64,000 nucleotides of DNA from the NCBI GenBank assembly GCA_026936335.1, contig JAPMXV010000039.1:124001-188000 (forward strand), given 5' to 3'. Of this stretch, positions 45,761-59,480 are shown one piece after another (positions within the stretch are counted from its first letter, which is position 1; every line of letters begins with the position of its first letter). The translations under genes and the position numbers were made by a program. Source of the stretch: Mantamonas sphyraenae STR306 (Eukaryota; Protista; CRuMs). The notes below the pieces were generated by a model, which was not told where the DNA came from, ran no database searches, and saw only the letters and a list, made by a program, of their open reading frames with translations.

Positions 45761-48700
45761 GTGGGGCTGGTGGTGGCAAAGGCAAGCAGATGATGGAAGA
45801 GGATGACGGCGAACATGAGGACTATGTGCTGTTCTCCAAGTTTTACATCGCCACGGGCTCGCTGAAGCCGCAAACGCCGGCCAATTACATTCTGACGCCG
45901 TCCATTGAGGGACACTTGCGTTCGTTGGCACGGATTGTGGTGTCGCAACGCTACCCGATCCTGCTGCAGGGGCCAACGAGTGCGGGCAAGACGTCGATGG
46001 TGCAGTACCTGGCACAACGGACGGGTCACCGGTTTGTGCGCATCAACAACCACGAGCATACGGACATCAGCGAGTACCTGGGCACGTATGTGTCCAACGC
46101 ACAGGGCAAGCTGGAGTTCCAAGAAGGGATCCTGGTCGAGGCGCTGCGCAACGGGTACTGGGTGGTGCTGGACGAACTCAATTTGGCACCGTCCGAGGTG
46201 CTTGAGGCGTTGAACAGGCTGCTGGACGACAATCGCGAGTTGTTCATCGCAGAGACGCAGGAGACGGTGAAGCCGCACGCCCACTTTGCCCTGTTTGCAA
46301 CCCAGAATCCTCCTGGGCTGTACGGAGGACGAAAGCAGCTGTCGCGTGCGTTTCGCAACCGTTTCGTGGAACTGCACATTGAGGACATTCCCGAAGAGGA
46401 GCTGAAGACCATTCTGGAGAAGCGGTGCCTCATGCCAGCGTCCTTTGCAAGCAAGCTGATCAAAATCATGAAGGAGCTGCAACGCAAGCGGCAGGGCACA
46501 CAAGTGTTTGCCGGCAAGCATGGGTACATTACTCCGCGTGATTTGTTCCGCTGGGGTGATCGCAGGCCGCGGTCGAAGCAGGAATTGGCAGAGCATGGAT
46601 TTATGATTCTGGGCGAGCGGCTGCGCAAGGAAGAGGAAAAGGAGGTTGTGAAGGAGGTGATCAGCAGGCACATCAAAGTGGACGTGGATTTGGAGGCGAT
46701 GTATTCGGGCGAAAGCGAGTCATCGGAAGCGCTGGCGGCATCGCTTTCCGCCGGGGCCTCGAAACTGATGGAGGACGGCCGCATGAAACTGGGCGACTCA
46801 TCCATCATCTGGACGCAATCCATGCGTCGTCTGTACAGTCTCGTGGGCCACTGTCTGGCCAACAAGGAGCCCGTGCTGCTCGTGGGTGAAACCGGCTGTG
46901 GCAAGACCACAGTGTGTCAGGTGCACAGCGAACACCTCGACAGGCCCCTTCACATCCTCAATTGCCACCAACACACCGAAACGGCAGATTTTCTCGGCGG
47001 ACTGCGACCCGTGCGCAATCGGCATCACCTTGCCGAACGCATCCGGGATCTGGTGGCACAGGAGACGACGACGACGACGACGACGTCAAGCACGGTGGCA
47101 GCAGGCGAGGATGAGGACATCGAGAACGGGGAGGATGCCGGCATGGATGTGGAGGGAAGCCGTGGTGAGGACACATCGTCAGGGGCGACCTTGGTGGATG
47201 ATGGTGATCGGCACGACGGAGAGGGACAGGCCCAATCGATCCATGCGCTGGTAAAGAGTGTGAAGCGACCCAGCGAGGCGTTGCGTGCGGCGTACCGTGA
47301 GTATCAGAGTTTGTTCACGTGGCAAGATGGGCCGCTGTTGCACGCCATGCGTGAGGGCCACGTGTTCCTGGTGGACGAGATCTCGTTGGCAGAGGATGCG
47401 GTGCTGGAACGACTCAACAGCGTGCTGGAGCCGTCACGCACGCTGGTGCTGGCGGAGAAAGGAGGCGTGGAAATCGAGGAGATTGTGGCACACGAAAACT
47501 TTCGCATCCTGGCCACGATGAATCCAGGGGGCGACTTTGGCAAGAAGGAGCTGTCGCCTGCGCTGCGCAACCGCTTCACGGAAATCTGGGTGCCCAGTCC
47601 CACCGTGGACGAAGACATGCGCCTGATTGTGCGCGAGCGACTTGGCGACGAGCTCGGCAGGCTCAGTCAGCTGGTGCTGGACTTTGTCAAGTGGTGGGAC
47701 GCCCAATCGGATCGGCCCCAAACGGCAATCAGTCTGCGTGACATCCTGTCCTGGGTGGACTTTGTGGTGAAAACCCATGCGCAGATCGGATTGTGGCGAG
47801 CGTACGTGCACGGCGCCTGCCTGGTGTTTCTCGACGCCATCCAGACGTACACACGGGACACGGGACTGCGACGTGCAGGCTTTGAGTTTGTGGTGGGCCA
47901 GTTGCGCGAGTGCGAGTGGTTGCATGAGTTCACCGGCGACGCAGGGGCCCAGGAGGAGGCATTGGCGCGTGAGTTTGACAAAGGGGGTTTGGAGCAAGCC
48001 AGCGACGACGGGTTTGGCCTGGTGGACGATGATGGCAGCGAGGGTGGTCGTCGGCTGTTTGGTGCGTCGCCATTCTACATCGAGGTGGGTGGGAAAGCGG
48101 TGCAGGAGAGCCGATACTCGCTGAGTGCGGCGACGACAGCAAAGAACACAACGCGGATCCTGCGTGCGATGCAACTGCGCAAACCTATCCTGCTGGAAGG
48201 ATCGCCTGGGGTGGGCAAGACGACATTGGTGCAGACGCTGGGCAAAATGGCAGGCCACCGAGTGGTTCGCATCAACCTGTCTGAACAAACAGACATGATG
48301 GATCTGCTGGGGTCGGATTTGCCCGTGGAGGGTGGTCAGGCAGGCGAGTTTGCCTGGCGCGACGGCGCGTTTTTGGATGCCATCAAGCGAGGCGATTGGG
48401 TGCTGCTTGACGAGTTGAATCTGGCGTCGCAGTCTGTGTTGGAAGGATTGAACGCGGTGCTGGACCATCGCGGGACAGTGTTCATCCCGGAGTTGGATCA
48501 GGAGTTTGAATGTCCTTCCTCGTTCCGAGTGTTTGGATGCCAGAACCCGACGCAGCAGGGTGGCGGACGCAAGGGCCTGCCCAAATCCTTCCTGAACCGC
48601 TTCACACAGGTGCACGTGACGGAATTTACGCGCGAGGACCTGTTGCACATTGCCACACAACAGTACCCGGCGATTCCAGAGGAGGTGGTGGCACGCATGA

Positions 48701-51700
48701 TCTCCCTGAACAGCGCCGTGCACGCCGATGTCAGCGTGCGTCGTGCCTACGGTCGCCAGGGGGCGCCGTGGGAGTTTAACCTGCGCGATGTCTTTCGCTG
48801 GTGCGATTTGATGATGCGCTACCAAAGCGCCGAGAGCGGTTGGCACCCGGGTGAATTTGTGGACATGATTTACCTGCAACGCATGCGCACGCGCGAAGAC
48901 CGGCTGCACTTGCGCAAGCGATTCCTGCAGGTGTTTGGTGGTGAGGAGACCGTGGAGGCGACGGACATGAGTCATCCGACGTGGCACTTGGGTGCGGAGC
49001 ATGTGCGTGTGGGCAACGCGTGGCTGCGACGACGAACCGATGGGGGCGTGGATGAGGTGGACATGGAGGGTGCACTGATGATGCTGACGGAACAGAGTGG
49101 GGCGCTGGAAAACCTGATGCGTGCCGTGGACATGAACTGGATGAGCATCCTGACGGGACCGTCGGGCAGTGGCAAAACGTCGCTGGTTCGCCTGCTGGCA
49201 CGTCTCACGGGCAATGTGCTCCACGAATTTGCCATGAACAGTGGCGTCGACACAATGGAGCTGCTGGGAGGCTTTGAGCAACTGGACATGCAACGACACC
49301 AGGAACGTGCGCGTTCCGAGGTTGCCCAGGCCGTCCGTCTCGTGTGCCGAACAGTGCTGGCGGTGATTGGCGAGGAAGGAGAGGGTGAACTGGACGCCGA
49401 CAGCACAATCGATGCTGAAGGAGAGCAGATGCACGAGGGCGACGACCACAGCAACAACAACACCAACAACGCGTCGTTGTCACGCGTCGAACGCGCACAG
49501 CTGCTCGTGTCGAGGCTGCATGCTGTGGAACGTCGCAGCCAGCAACAACATGGTGGGATGGGGCAGGGGCCTCACCAGACCAGCGGCGGTGGCAGTAGCA
49601 GCAGCAGCAGTGGCGTACGCGCGGATGTGCTGATGCGTCTTGTGCGGCAGGCGGCCGAGACGGCCGAGGCGTTTGGGGTGGCTGAGGACGAGTCGGTGCT
49701 GGATGCGTTGGGTCGTTGTGAGGCGCTGTTGGACGAACTGGCAGCGTTGGAGGGCAACGCAAACGCAGCGGGTCGTTTCGAATGGATCGACGGCCTGCTG
49801 ATCCGGGCGTTGGAAAAGGGCCACTGGGTGGTGATTGACAACGTGAACTTCTGCAACCCGACGGTGCTGGACAGGTTGAATCCGCTGATGGAACCGCACG
49901 GCGAGCTGCTTGTGAACGAACGCGGTCTGGTGGATGGCGAAATCAAGTGCATCCGCGCACATCCTGGTTTCCGCCTGTTCCTCGTCATGGATCCCGAACA
50001 CGGGGAGATTTCGCGTGCAATGCGCAACCGCGGCGTGGAGATTGCCCTCGTGGCTCCCGATGTGTTGGGACAGGACATGCTGCGTGTGATGATGAGCCGC
50101 GGTGTGGCCGTGCCTGGGCTGTGTCGTGCCATGGCCCATTTCCACGCAAAAATGGACGCCGAGGCACGCTACGGCGAACGCTACGCCGTCAGCCACCTCG
50201 TGCAATGGTGTGCACTCACACGCGAACAGGTCCACCGCGGCCATTCCCTCATGCATGCCGCCGAGTCCAGCATGCAGGAGGTGTACGTGCGTCACCTGCT
50301 TGATGCGGATGCACGCGCACGTGCCATGGAACTGTATGCCCAGGAGGTGGCGCTGCACTACGATCCTCACCGCGACGCGGCATTGGCTGGCGTGTGGCCC
50401 ATGCAATTGGACATGGTCCATGCACAGCAGAGCGGCGTCGAGGCGAGCGCCCTCTCCAATGCGCGCATCCTGCTGGAGCTGGGTTTGGAGTTGGCGCACC
50501 ACGACGTGCAACAAGACAGTAGCGACAACGATGCATTCGAGCAGCGCATGCAGGACCTGTGTGAACATCTGCGAGCCTACGTGGGCCATCCGTGCCCCGA
50601 CGAAGAGGCAACAGCGCGCGAGGTGATTGCGCGGGAAATTGGCGCGGTTTTCGATGGCCATTCGAGTGTCTCGGCTGCGTTTGAGACGGCGCTGGGTGTG
50701 ATGACGCGGTACAGGTCGCACCAGATGCGTGCGTACGTGGAGGATGCCGGTCAGCAGTTGTTTGAGGGCACGTACGCTGCGCGAGCTGGTTTTGCAAACG
50801 ACAACGGGGGCGATTTGGAGGAGAATCACGCGCTGTGGGCGGAAATCGTGCGTGGAGAGGAGGCGCGCGAGGGAACGGAGGCTGCCCAAGCCTTGCAGGA
50901 GGAACATGCGTGGGTGCAACGATGCAACTGGGCTCTTGTGCGTGTGTTGTGGGCGATGGAGGAGCGTGCTGTGTTTGCACAAGGTGTGAGGTCGTCACGT
51001 GCGTCGCGTCACAGCCGCAGTGCAATGGAGTGGAGTGTGGACCACGCGGAGGGACGGGTCAAGACACGTGCGCTGGAACACGCGTGCTTGGGCCATTTGC
51101 ATGCTCTGGACACGCACACATTGGCGCTGTTGGATTCCTCATTGATGGGATTGTGCCAACGGGCAGACCTGCAAGGGGCACAGGGTGTGTTGGAGCTCGT
51201 GCTGTCGTGTGTGGCCGAGTCACAGGCGATGTGGGAGGCAAGCACAACGGGTCCCTTCCGTCTGCACGCCATGCAACTTGTGTTGGCTTCGATGCTGGAC
51301 AGCATTCAGCAGCTGCTGGCGGAGCTGGAGAAGAAGGGCGTTGATGCGGCCAATGGGAATGGGGAGGACACAGTTGCCGAGGCGTTGGGGGTGGTGGACG
51401 AGGCAGAGGCGGTTGCCACAGAGGTGGGACAGATGCTGGAGGTGTTTGGCATGCGCATGGCTCGCGGAGGAGCCCATGAAAACAACACTCTGTGGATGAA
51501 CGGCGGTCATCCGTGCGGCCATGGTACCGCCGAGTTGCACGCCATGCACGCACGCTGTGTGGCATTGGCGAAAGAGGTGCGGTACGAAGGTGACAGGGTC
51601 AGCAACAGCAGCAGCAACAGTCGCGGCACGGGTGTTGCACACACGCCAGCCAATGCCAGGCAGCTGGTGGGATTGTACGATCGCACGTGGAAGCGGGAAT

Positions 51701-54700
51701 TGGCACAGGTGGTGGCCAGTGTGGCGTATGCCAACGAGCAATACGAACGACTGGCTGTGTCGAATGCCGCCCAGATGGACCTGTACGTGCGTCGCCTGGG
51801 CGTGCAGCTGGACGATCTGGAGCGGCGGTTGCGCGAGACGGAAGCCAAGGTTGCGGGTGAGTTTGCTCGTTCGCCCGAATGTCGCTTCCACGAGTACATT
51901 TGGGAGACCGCAGACGATCGCAACGAGGAGGACAAGGCCAGTGAGTTGGAGCGTTTGGGCAGCGAGTTTGCCGACAAGCAGCACCGCTTTGCCATTCAGA
52001 TGTGGCCCATTCGGGAGCTGTCAGACGTGCAGCGGCAGCAAGGCTTGCTTGCTCGGCTGTGGGCATTGATGTTGGGTTGGGACGACGATGTGGATGCTCT
52101 GCGTGCGGAGCTGGCTGTGTATTTGGAGGATGCGGTGCATCCATTGGCCAGTGGAAGTGGTGCGCAAGAGGGGGCGTGGACACAGTTGCAGTGGAAGCTG
52201 GCGGCAGTGGAGGAACAGGAGCAGGGTGACGAGTTGGATCTGGCAGGCGTCCAGAGCATGCTGTACCACGAGGCACTGCAGCGCGTGTGGCGCAACACGT
52301 GCAACACAGCCATGCAGTGGACGTTGGATGGACCGACGCGGTTGCAAATGAGCAGTCGTGCGCCACTGATGATGGAGGCGTTGAACAATTGGCACCGGTT
52401 GGCAATTGGCCAGCGGGTGGGCAAAGTGGAACAGCTGCGTGAAATCCAGCGTCGCATCGACAGGCCACAGGCGCCAGTGGACACCTGGGCCATGGCCGTG
52501 ATGCAGTTTGCGCACATTTGCAGCTGCATTGTCACGGATGTTGATGAGCATGTGGAGCAGGACCAGGACCAGGACCAGGAAACGGCCGGGAATCACACAC
52601 CTGCGGTTTCCACGCAGCTGCAGCACGCGTATGTGCGCAGTGAGGCGTTTGACCCAGACGTGCTGTTGGATGCGTTGGCGGCGACAGAGCATTCGGTGTG
52701 GCGGTCCATTCTGGACACGCAGGTGCGCGCCTGTGTGGAGTGTCTTGAGCAAGGCGTAAAGGAGGCGCAGAGCGCAGATACGACCAACAAAAGGTCGGAG
52801 AAACTCACGGGACTGCTGTGGACGCGTGTGGGCCAGCTGCGTCTGGAGCTGATGCTGCCAGCGAGCATGGTGGACCCGCGGGCACAGGAGCAGCACAAGA
52901 TGCAGTGCCTGATGTATCTGTTGGACGAGGTGGAGCGGCAGATGCGAGTGGGTGACACGGTGGACACATTGTTGTTCGGTCGGCGCGGACCGTCTGCACG
53001 CAGCAGACGCTTTGCGGGCCTGCAGAACACGCTGCGTGAGGCCATGGCTGCGGTGAAGGCAGGACGTGTGTATCGGCCGGAGGACCAGCACTTTGGCGAA
53101 TTGTACACGGACATGATGGCCATTGTGGAGTCGCTGATGAAGCCGCAGCGTGTGGAGAGTTTGCTCGAATCCGGGCAGCGACTTCAGGAACGGATGTGGC
53201 AGGAAACGTGCCAGCAGTCCATGGAACGGCTTATGAACAAGTACGACGGCTATCAAGACATTGTGGTGCCTTTCAACAACGCCCTGTGGGAGATCCGCAG
53301 CGGTGTGCGTATGGTGCATGGTGCGCAAGCCATGAGCGAAGCGGACGGCGTGGAACTGCTGCTGCCGGCAGTGATGCACTTTGGTGTGGGTGACGCACAG
53401 GTGGATTCTGTGGCACAGGTGGCCTTGATTGCAGACGCGAGTGCCCACGAAACGATGGAACGGTTGGGTGTGAGCGAGAGCCGTGCTGTGCGTGCGTATG
53501 GGCGGCTGCTGCTGACGGCCATGCACCGGTCATGGGACATGTGGCGTCACGCGGCACACGGAGACCGAGATGCCATGCAGGTGTTGGATTATGTGTGGTC
53601 GCTGATTGGCAAGGCGTGGACGCGACAGCATGCGGCAAAGCTGGCCAAGGAGGAAGCGGACGCGGCAGAGTATGCGTACAAGGAGAAGAAGACGCGGCTG
53701 GAAGGGGAGGATGAGGATGAGGACAAGGATGTGCGTCGCATGTTCCCCACGTTCAGCTCAGCATACTCGGACCTGGTGGACCTGGAGGAGCTGGAGGGAT
53801 TCGAGGTGGACGAAGAACACGACGAGGCGGCGCAGGAAGAGGCAGACACAAAGGCCGACCTTGTGGAGAGTGTGGGGCTGGGCGATTTGTTGAGTGACGA
53901 CGAGGTGATCGAGGTATGTCGTGTGCATCTGGACGTGTTTGGCCAGCGGCAAGCGATGCCACGTTTGGACGTGGAGAAGCAACGTATGCGCAGCCTGGAG
54001 ACGGGTCTGCACGCGGTGCGGCTGATGTTTGGACAACGCGACTGGTCTGTGCATGCAAGCGTGGAACCTCTGGTGATGCCGAGTCTGCTGATGCAGAGCG
54101 TGCTGATGTTCCGCGAGATGAATGTGAGCGAAGGCACAGCCGAGGGTGAGCCTGTGGACGTGTATCGCTCTGCGTGCATCCGTGAGGCAGTGCTTGTTGT
54201 TCCGCCTGTTGTGGACATGATGGGTCGTCTGCAGGAACTGCTGGCAGAGTGGCCCAACCACCCGATTCTGATCCAGCTGCTGAAGATCAGCGCACGGCTG
54301 CTCGAGTTTTCGTTCGACAGCCCCGTGATGAAGATCATCACGGGCCTGGAGCTTCTGTTGACCAAGGCGCAGGAGTGGGAGGAGTATGCGGCAAAGCACG
54401 TGTCGCTGAAGGAGCAGCTCGCCAAACTGAGCGCCCTTGTCATCCGCTGGCGCAAGTTGGAAATCGACAATTGGGCGAGTGTGTTGGATTGGAAGACCAA
54501 AGGGTTTGAGGTGCGTGCCATGCATTGGTGGTTCCACCTGCAGGGGATGCTGGAAAACAACACCGGGGAGGACAAAATGGACGAGGACGAGAGCACGCAC
54601 GGGTACTTTGCCTCGCTGGACCGGTTCATCCGCACATCCAACATTGGCGAGATGGCCCACCGCATGGGCTTGTTGCGTGCGTTTGTGGGCCACGTCGAGG

Positions 54701-57700
54701 CACGGATGGAGGCGATGGCGGAAGACAATGAGGGCGGTGCAAACGTGTCGTTTCTGCGTCGCATGCGCAACGTGATGGTGAACCTGTTGGGATACTACAG
54801 CCAGTACCGCGAGGCTGTGGAAGCGCAGGTGCGTGAAGGGACGCTGGGCATCCGCAAGGAGTTGAAGGATTACCAGAAACTGGCCAAGTGGGAGGATGCC
54901 AACTTTTACAGGCTCAAGGTGGCGTCTGAAAAGTCGCACCGGCGCTTGCTACGTCTGTCCCAGCGGTACGAACGTGCGTTGGGCTTCAGCTTCAGCCTGG
55001 TGTTGGCCAAGGCGATCGAGCAGGAGGAGCTTCTGAGCAAGGGGGTGGTGGAACGTGCCAAGGAAGGACGCCGAGGGCGTGCAAACGCATGGCCGTGGGT
55101 GCATATCACAGGTGTGCTGGGCCATTACTTTGAGCAGGCAGAGGCAAAGGAGGACGGGCGGCGTGTGGACGTGAGCGTGGACAAGTACTTCCGCAAGGCA
55201 AAGCGCTGGCACCACGAGACGGCGCTGAGCTGCGGGAAGCAAGCACGAAGGCACATCGAAAGTGTGGCGCAGATGAGCAGCGACGTGATTGGACGTGCGC
55301 TGCAGCTGCGTGAGGAAGAGGCAATGATGCAGTCGAAGCGACGCAGTTTCACACTGTTGCTGCACGAGTTGGAGCGCGCAGGGCTGAAGTACAGGCTGGG
55401 AAGGGATCACATGGACCAGGCACGATGGGAAAGCATGTTTGAGGAGGATGTGGTGGACATGAATTTCCTGGACGAGCATGCAGGGGCGCTTCCTGTGAGC
55501 GCAGGCGCAGTAGCTGGAGTGCAGAGCCAGTGGGCCAAGTGCGAACGGTACATGTACGAAGGCATGAGCAAGTTGCAACGGTTGCACCAAGCGTCACAAC
55601 GTGCGCACGGCGAAATCCAAAAGTTGGAGGTGCTGAAGTGCACAGGCTTTTCGGAAGACGTGACGGATCTGATGCGTGGACAACGAGCACTCCTGGTGGC
55701 AAAACGTACGCAATACCAACGCATGATGGGCGTGGTGCGGCAGCTGGCGGCGCTGGCAGACGGGGGCGGATGGGTGGGAGAATGGTGTGGCGAGCGGCTG
55801 CGTGTGGCCCAGCAACTGGAGCTGCAGCTGTGGCAGGTGTTGCAGCTGCGCCACGTCAACACGGGTGTGCAACAGGGCGTGCAGGCGGGTGAGGAGGCGC
55901 TGCTGGAGGCGCTCAAGGCTTATGTGAGCGTGCTGCAGAGTGCTTCGCGGTACGGTGTGTTGAGTGCGACGCAACGGTTGGAACTGGATCAGGTGTGCGA
56001 GCGCCTGGAGCGATACAGCAACATGGCTGTGCAAGGGACGGCGATGGTGGACGAGCTGATGGCCAAGGCCAAGGCGGAGATTGCAGGGCAAGCGTGGCGG
56101 GTGCCGGAGAAGGAGTGGGACGAGGAGGTGGATGTGGACAAGGTGCAACGTGCGATCGACAGCGTGCTTTTGGCCATGCAGAACGTGCACAAGGTTGTGA
56201 GCGGCATGGAAGAGAGCGGCGTGGACGAGGAGATGAAAGACGGAGACGAGGCCGAGGATATGGAAGTGGACACCGAGGTGGAAGACAAGGTGTTTGTGCG
56301 GCTGCAACGTCTGTTTGAGACAGTGCACAAGGCGATGGACGGCGATGCGGTGGCGAGTGCGTTTGAGGAGGCGGTGAGCGAGTGCGATGGGACGCTGGCT
56401 GGACAGCTGTACCCGTTGGCGCTGCAGTATGGGGTTGTGATGCAGCAGCACGTGTTTGACCTGGTGGAACACCACAAAGCGACATGCAAGCTGCAATGGG
56501 TGCTGCTGAACCTGTTCCTGGCGCTGTTCAAGGACGGATTCTGCAGGCCGCCCGAGTCTGGGGACGAAGATGACGCAGACGAGGGTGATGGGCCCATGGA
56601 AGACGCAGAAGGCACGGGTATTGGCGAGGGACAGGGCAAGGAGGACGTGAGCGACCAGATTGAAAACGAGGAACAGGTGTTGGGACTGCAGGACGACAAG
56701 CAAGAGGAAGGGGAGCAGCCACAGCCGCCACCGGACGAGGAAAACGAAGGATTGGAGATGGAGAATGAGTTTGACGGGGAGACGTTTGAGCCCGGGCTGG
56801 AGGAAGACAAAGAGGACGGGGATGAGGAGGAAAACGAAGAAGAGGAGGAGGAGTTGGACGAGCAAATGGGAGAAACGAACGCAGAGCTGGACAACGTGGT
56901 GGATGAGAAGACGTGGGACGAGGAGGAGGACCAGGACGAAGTGGAGGAGGAAGAGGACGGAATGAGAGACGGAGACGGTGTGGAGGACGGAGAAAAGGAA
57001 ATGGTGGCAAAGGAAGAGAACGAAGACGGGGAAGAGGAGGAAAAGGAGGACAAGAAAGAGAAGGAGAAGGATGGAGAGGAGAAGGAAAAGGAAGATGCAG
57101 AAGAGAAGGAGCAAGAGATGGATTTTGAGCCGGAGCTGGGTGAAGAGGAAGCGCAGGAGGAGAAGGAAGGGGGAGAGGCAGGGATGGATGTGGAGACGAG
57201 AGATGAGCAGGACTTTGAGATTCCGGATGAACTGAACCTGGACGATGGGATGGAGGAGGAGGAGGAGGAGGATGGAGAACAAGAGAAGGAGGAGGAGGGA
57301 GAAGGAGAGGAAGGAGGGCAAGGAGGAGGAGGAGGAGGGGCAAGGAGAAGGAGAGGAGAAGGAGACGGAGGAGGAGGGAGAAGGAGGAGAGGAGAAAGAA
57401 GAAGAAGCGGCTGCGGAGGAGGACGAAGAGGCGGAGGGCAAGGAGAAGGAAACGGACGAGATGGATGTGGACAACGAAGAGGAAGAGAAGCAAGAGGAAG
57501 GGGGAGAGGAAGAAGACGAAGAGGATGGAGTGCAGCAGATGCGAGGACTTGGAGTGGGGCGGGACGAGGATGATGACAAAGAGGAAGACGGAGGAGACGA
57601 GATGCAGGCGGAAGCGATGGACTTGGAAGAAGGCCAAGATGAGGAAGAGGAGCGTGCAGGAGCAAGCATGAGCACGCAGATGCAGACGGGCGGACAGGAA

Positions 57701-59443
57701 GAAGGAGACCAGCAGCAGAAGCAGCAGCAGGCGCCGCAAGAGGGCGGGCAGGAAGAGAAGCAGCCGCAAGAGTCTGCACATGATCGGGAACCGAATCCGT
57801 ACCGGTCGTTGGGCGATGCCATGCGACAGTGGAGGGAGAAGTTGAACATGAAGAAGGAGCGAGAGGACGAAGAGGGGGAGAAAAAGACGGAGGAGAAGGA
57901 GGAGGAGGCTGTGGAAGAGGATGCAAGTGCGCAGGAGCAAGCGCATGCGCAGGAGTACGAGTTTGTGCACCAGGACGAGGCAAAGAGAGAAGACGAAGAG
58001 CAGATGATGGCCGAGGCGAACAAGGATCAGCAAGAGTTTCTGAAGGAGCAGGAAATGGATGTGGAAGGGGAGGAAGAGACGGAAGGGGCTGAGGACGGTC
58101 AGGATGAAGATGCGATGGCAGTGGAGGAGGAGCGTAGGGATGATCGATTTGAGGAGAAGGAGCACGAGGACGGAGATGAAGAAGGCGACGGCAAGGAGCA
58201 GCGCAGCAAGACGAGGAAGGACGAAAAGATTCGGGAAGGGGAAGATGATGATGATGAGGAGGAGGAGGAGGAGGATGCGATGGAAGAAGACGAAGAAGAG
58301 GTGGAAGAGGTACCTGTGGATGAAGAAGGAGATGCAGAGGAAGGAGAGGGCAAGGAGGATGAGGAGGAGAAGGAGGAGATCGAGCGCATCCACCTCGGCG
58401 AAGAGGACGAGGAGGAAGAAGTGTTTGGGATGGAAGCAAGTGGAGTGGATGGGCAAGAGCATGTGGTGCGGGAGGTGCTGGATGAGAGCGAGGTACAGCG
58501 CATCCGGGAAGAGCTGGAGGAGCGTTGGCAAGAGGGAGACGATGGGTCGGGAAGGACGGCGGAGGAGGCAAAGGAGATGTGGAATGCGCTGGAAAGGATC
58601 ACAGAAGACCTGAGCAGAGAGCTGTGCGAACAGCTGCGGCTTATTCTGGAGCCATCGATGGCGACGAAGCTGAAGGGGGACTACAAGAGCGGCAAGCGGA
58701 TCAACATGAAGATGGTGATTCCGTACATTGCGTCGCAGTTCAAGAAGGACAAGATCTGGATGCGTCGTACCAAGCCGAACAAGCGTGAGTACCAGGTGCT
58801 GCTTGTGATTGACGACTCGCAGTCGATGGCGGAGAACGGGAGCGGACAGATGGCGTGCGAGGCCGTGGCGCTGATGGCGAACGCGCTGAGTTCGTTGGAA
58901 GTGGGCCAGATTGGAGTGGCAAGCTTTGGAGACGAGGTGCGGCTGCACCATGCGTTTGACCAGCCGTTTGATAGCCGTGCAGGGATGCGGATGATGCGGG
59001 AGCTGACGTTTGCGCAGGGAAGCACAGACATGAGTACGATGCTGCAGTATGTGGTGTCGCTGCTAGGAGTGGCACGCACGCAAGGGAGTGGAGGTGGTGG
59101 TGGTGGTGGTGGAGGGGTGTCGTTGGAGCAGCTTGTGTTTGTGATCAGCGACGCCCGCTTCTTGTCGGACGTGCAGGGGATCATGGAGTGGAACCGACGG
59201 GCAAAGGAAAGCGGCCAGTTGATTGTGTTTGTTATCATTGACAAGCAGGAGGAAGGTGGAGTTGGCGGGACGTCGATTCTGGACCTCAAGGTGGTGGAGT
59301 ACGTGGATGGCAAACCAAAGATGCGCGTGTTTCTGGAAGGATTCTCGTCGCTGTTGTACGTGGTGCTCGGAGACATTGTACAGCTGCCAGAGGTGGTGTC
59401 GGATGCACTGAGACAGTGGATTTCGTTGACGGGCGGTGCGTGA
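42414..59443 (+). CDS. MDN1: Midasin / Rea1 AAA-ATPase (pre-60S remodeller); join(42414..42491,42568..59443) with an apparent frameshift near 57310
   Basis: Six Walker A motifs: GVSGSGKT, GETGTGKT, GPTSAGKT, GETGCGKT, GSPGVGKT, GPSGSGKT. Long linker, 'GTGIGEGQGKEDVSDQIENEEQ', D/E-rich region. The C-terminal MIDAS/vWA domain ('LRLILEPSMATKLKGDYKSGKRINMKMVIPYIASQFKKDKIWMRRTKPNKREYQVLLVIDDSQSM') lies in ORF 57245..59443. Confidence 0.95.
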
Positions 59444-59480
59444 GGAGAGGCAGGGAAAAATACAGCGACGACACGACGAC

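Noticed and set aside
1415-58951. Many long antisense or alternative-frame ORFs (e.g. 3497..5755-, 19291..21768-, 25793..27793+, 44740..46671-, 55594..58023-, 55989..58571-)
   Set aside because: They are shadows of real genes: GC-rich codon bias and low-complexity tracts suppress stops on the other strand. The translations are L/H/V/S-rich with no domain motifs.
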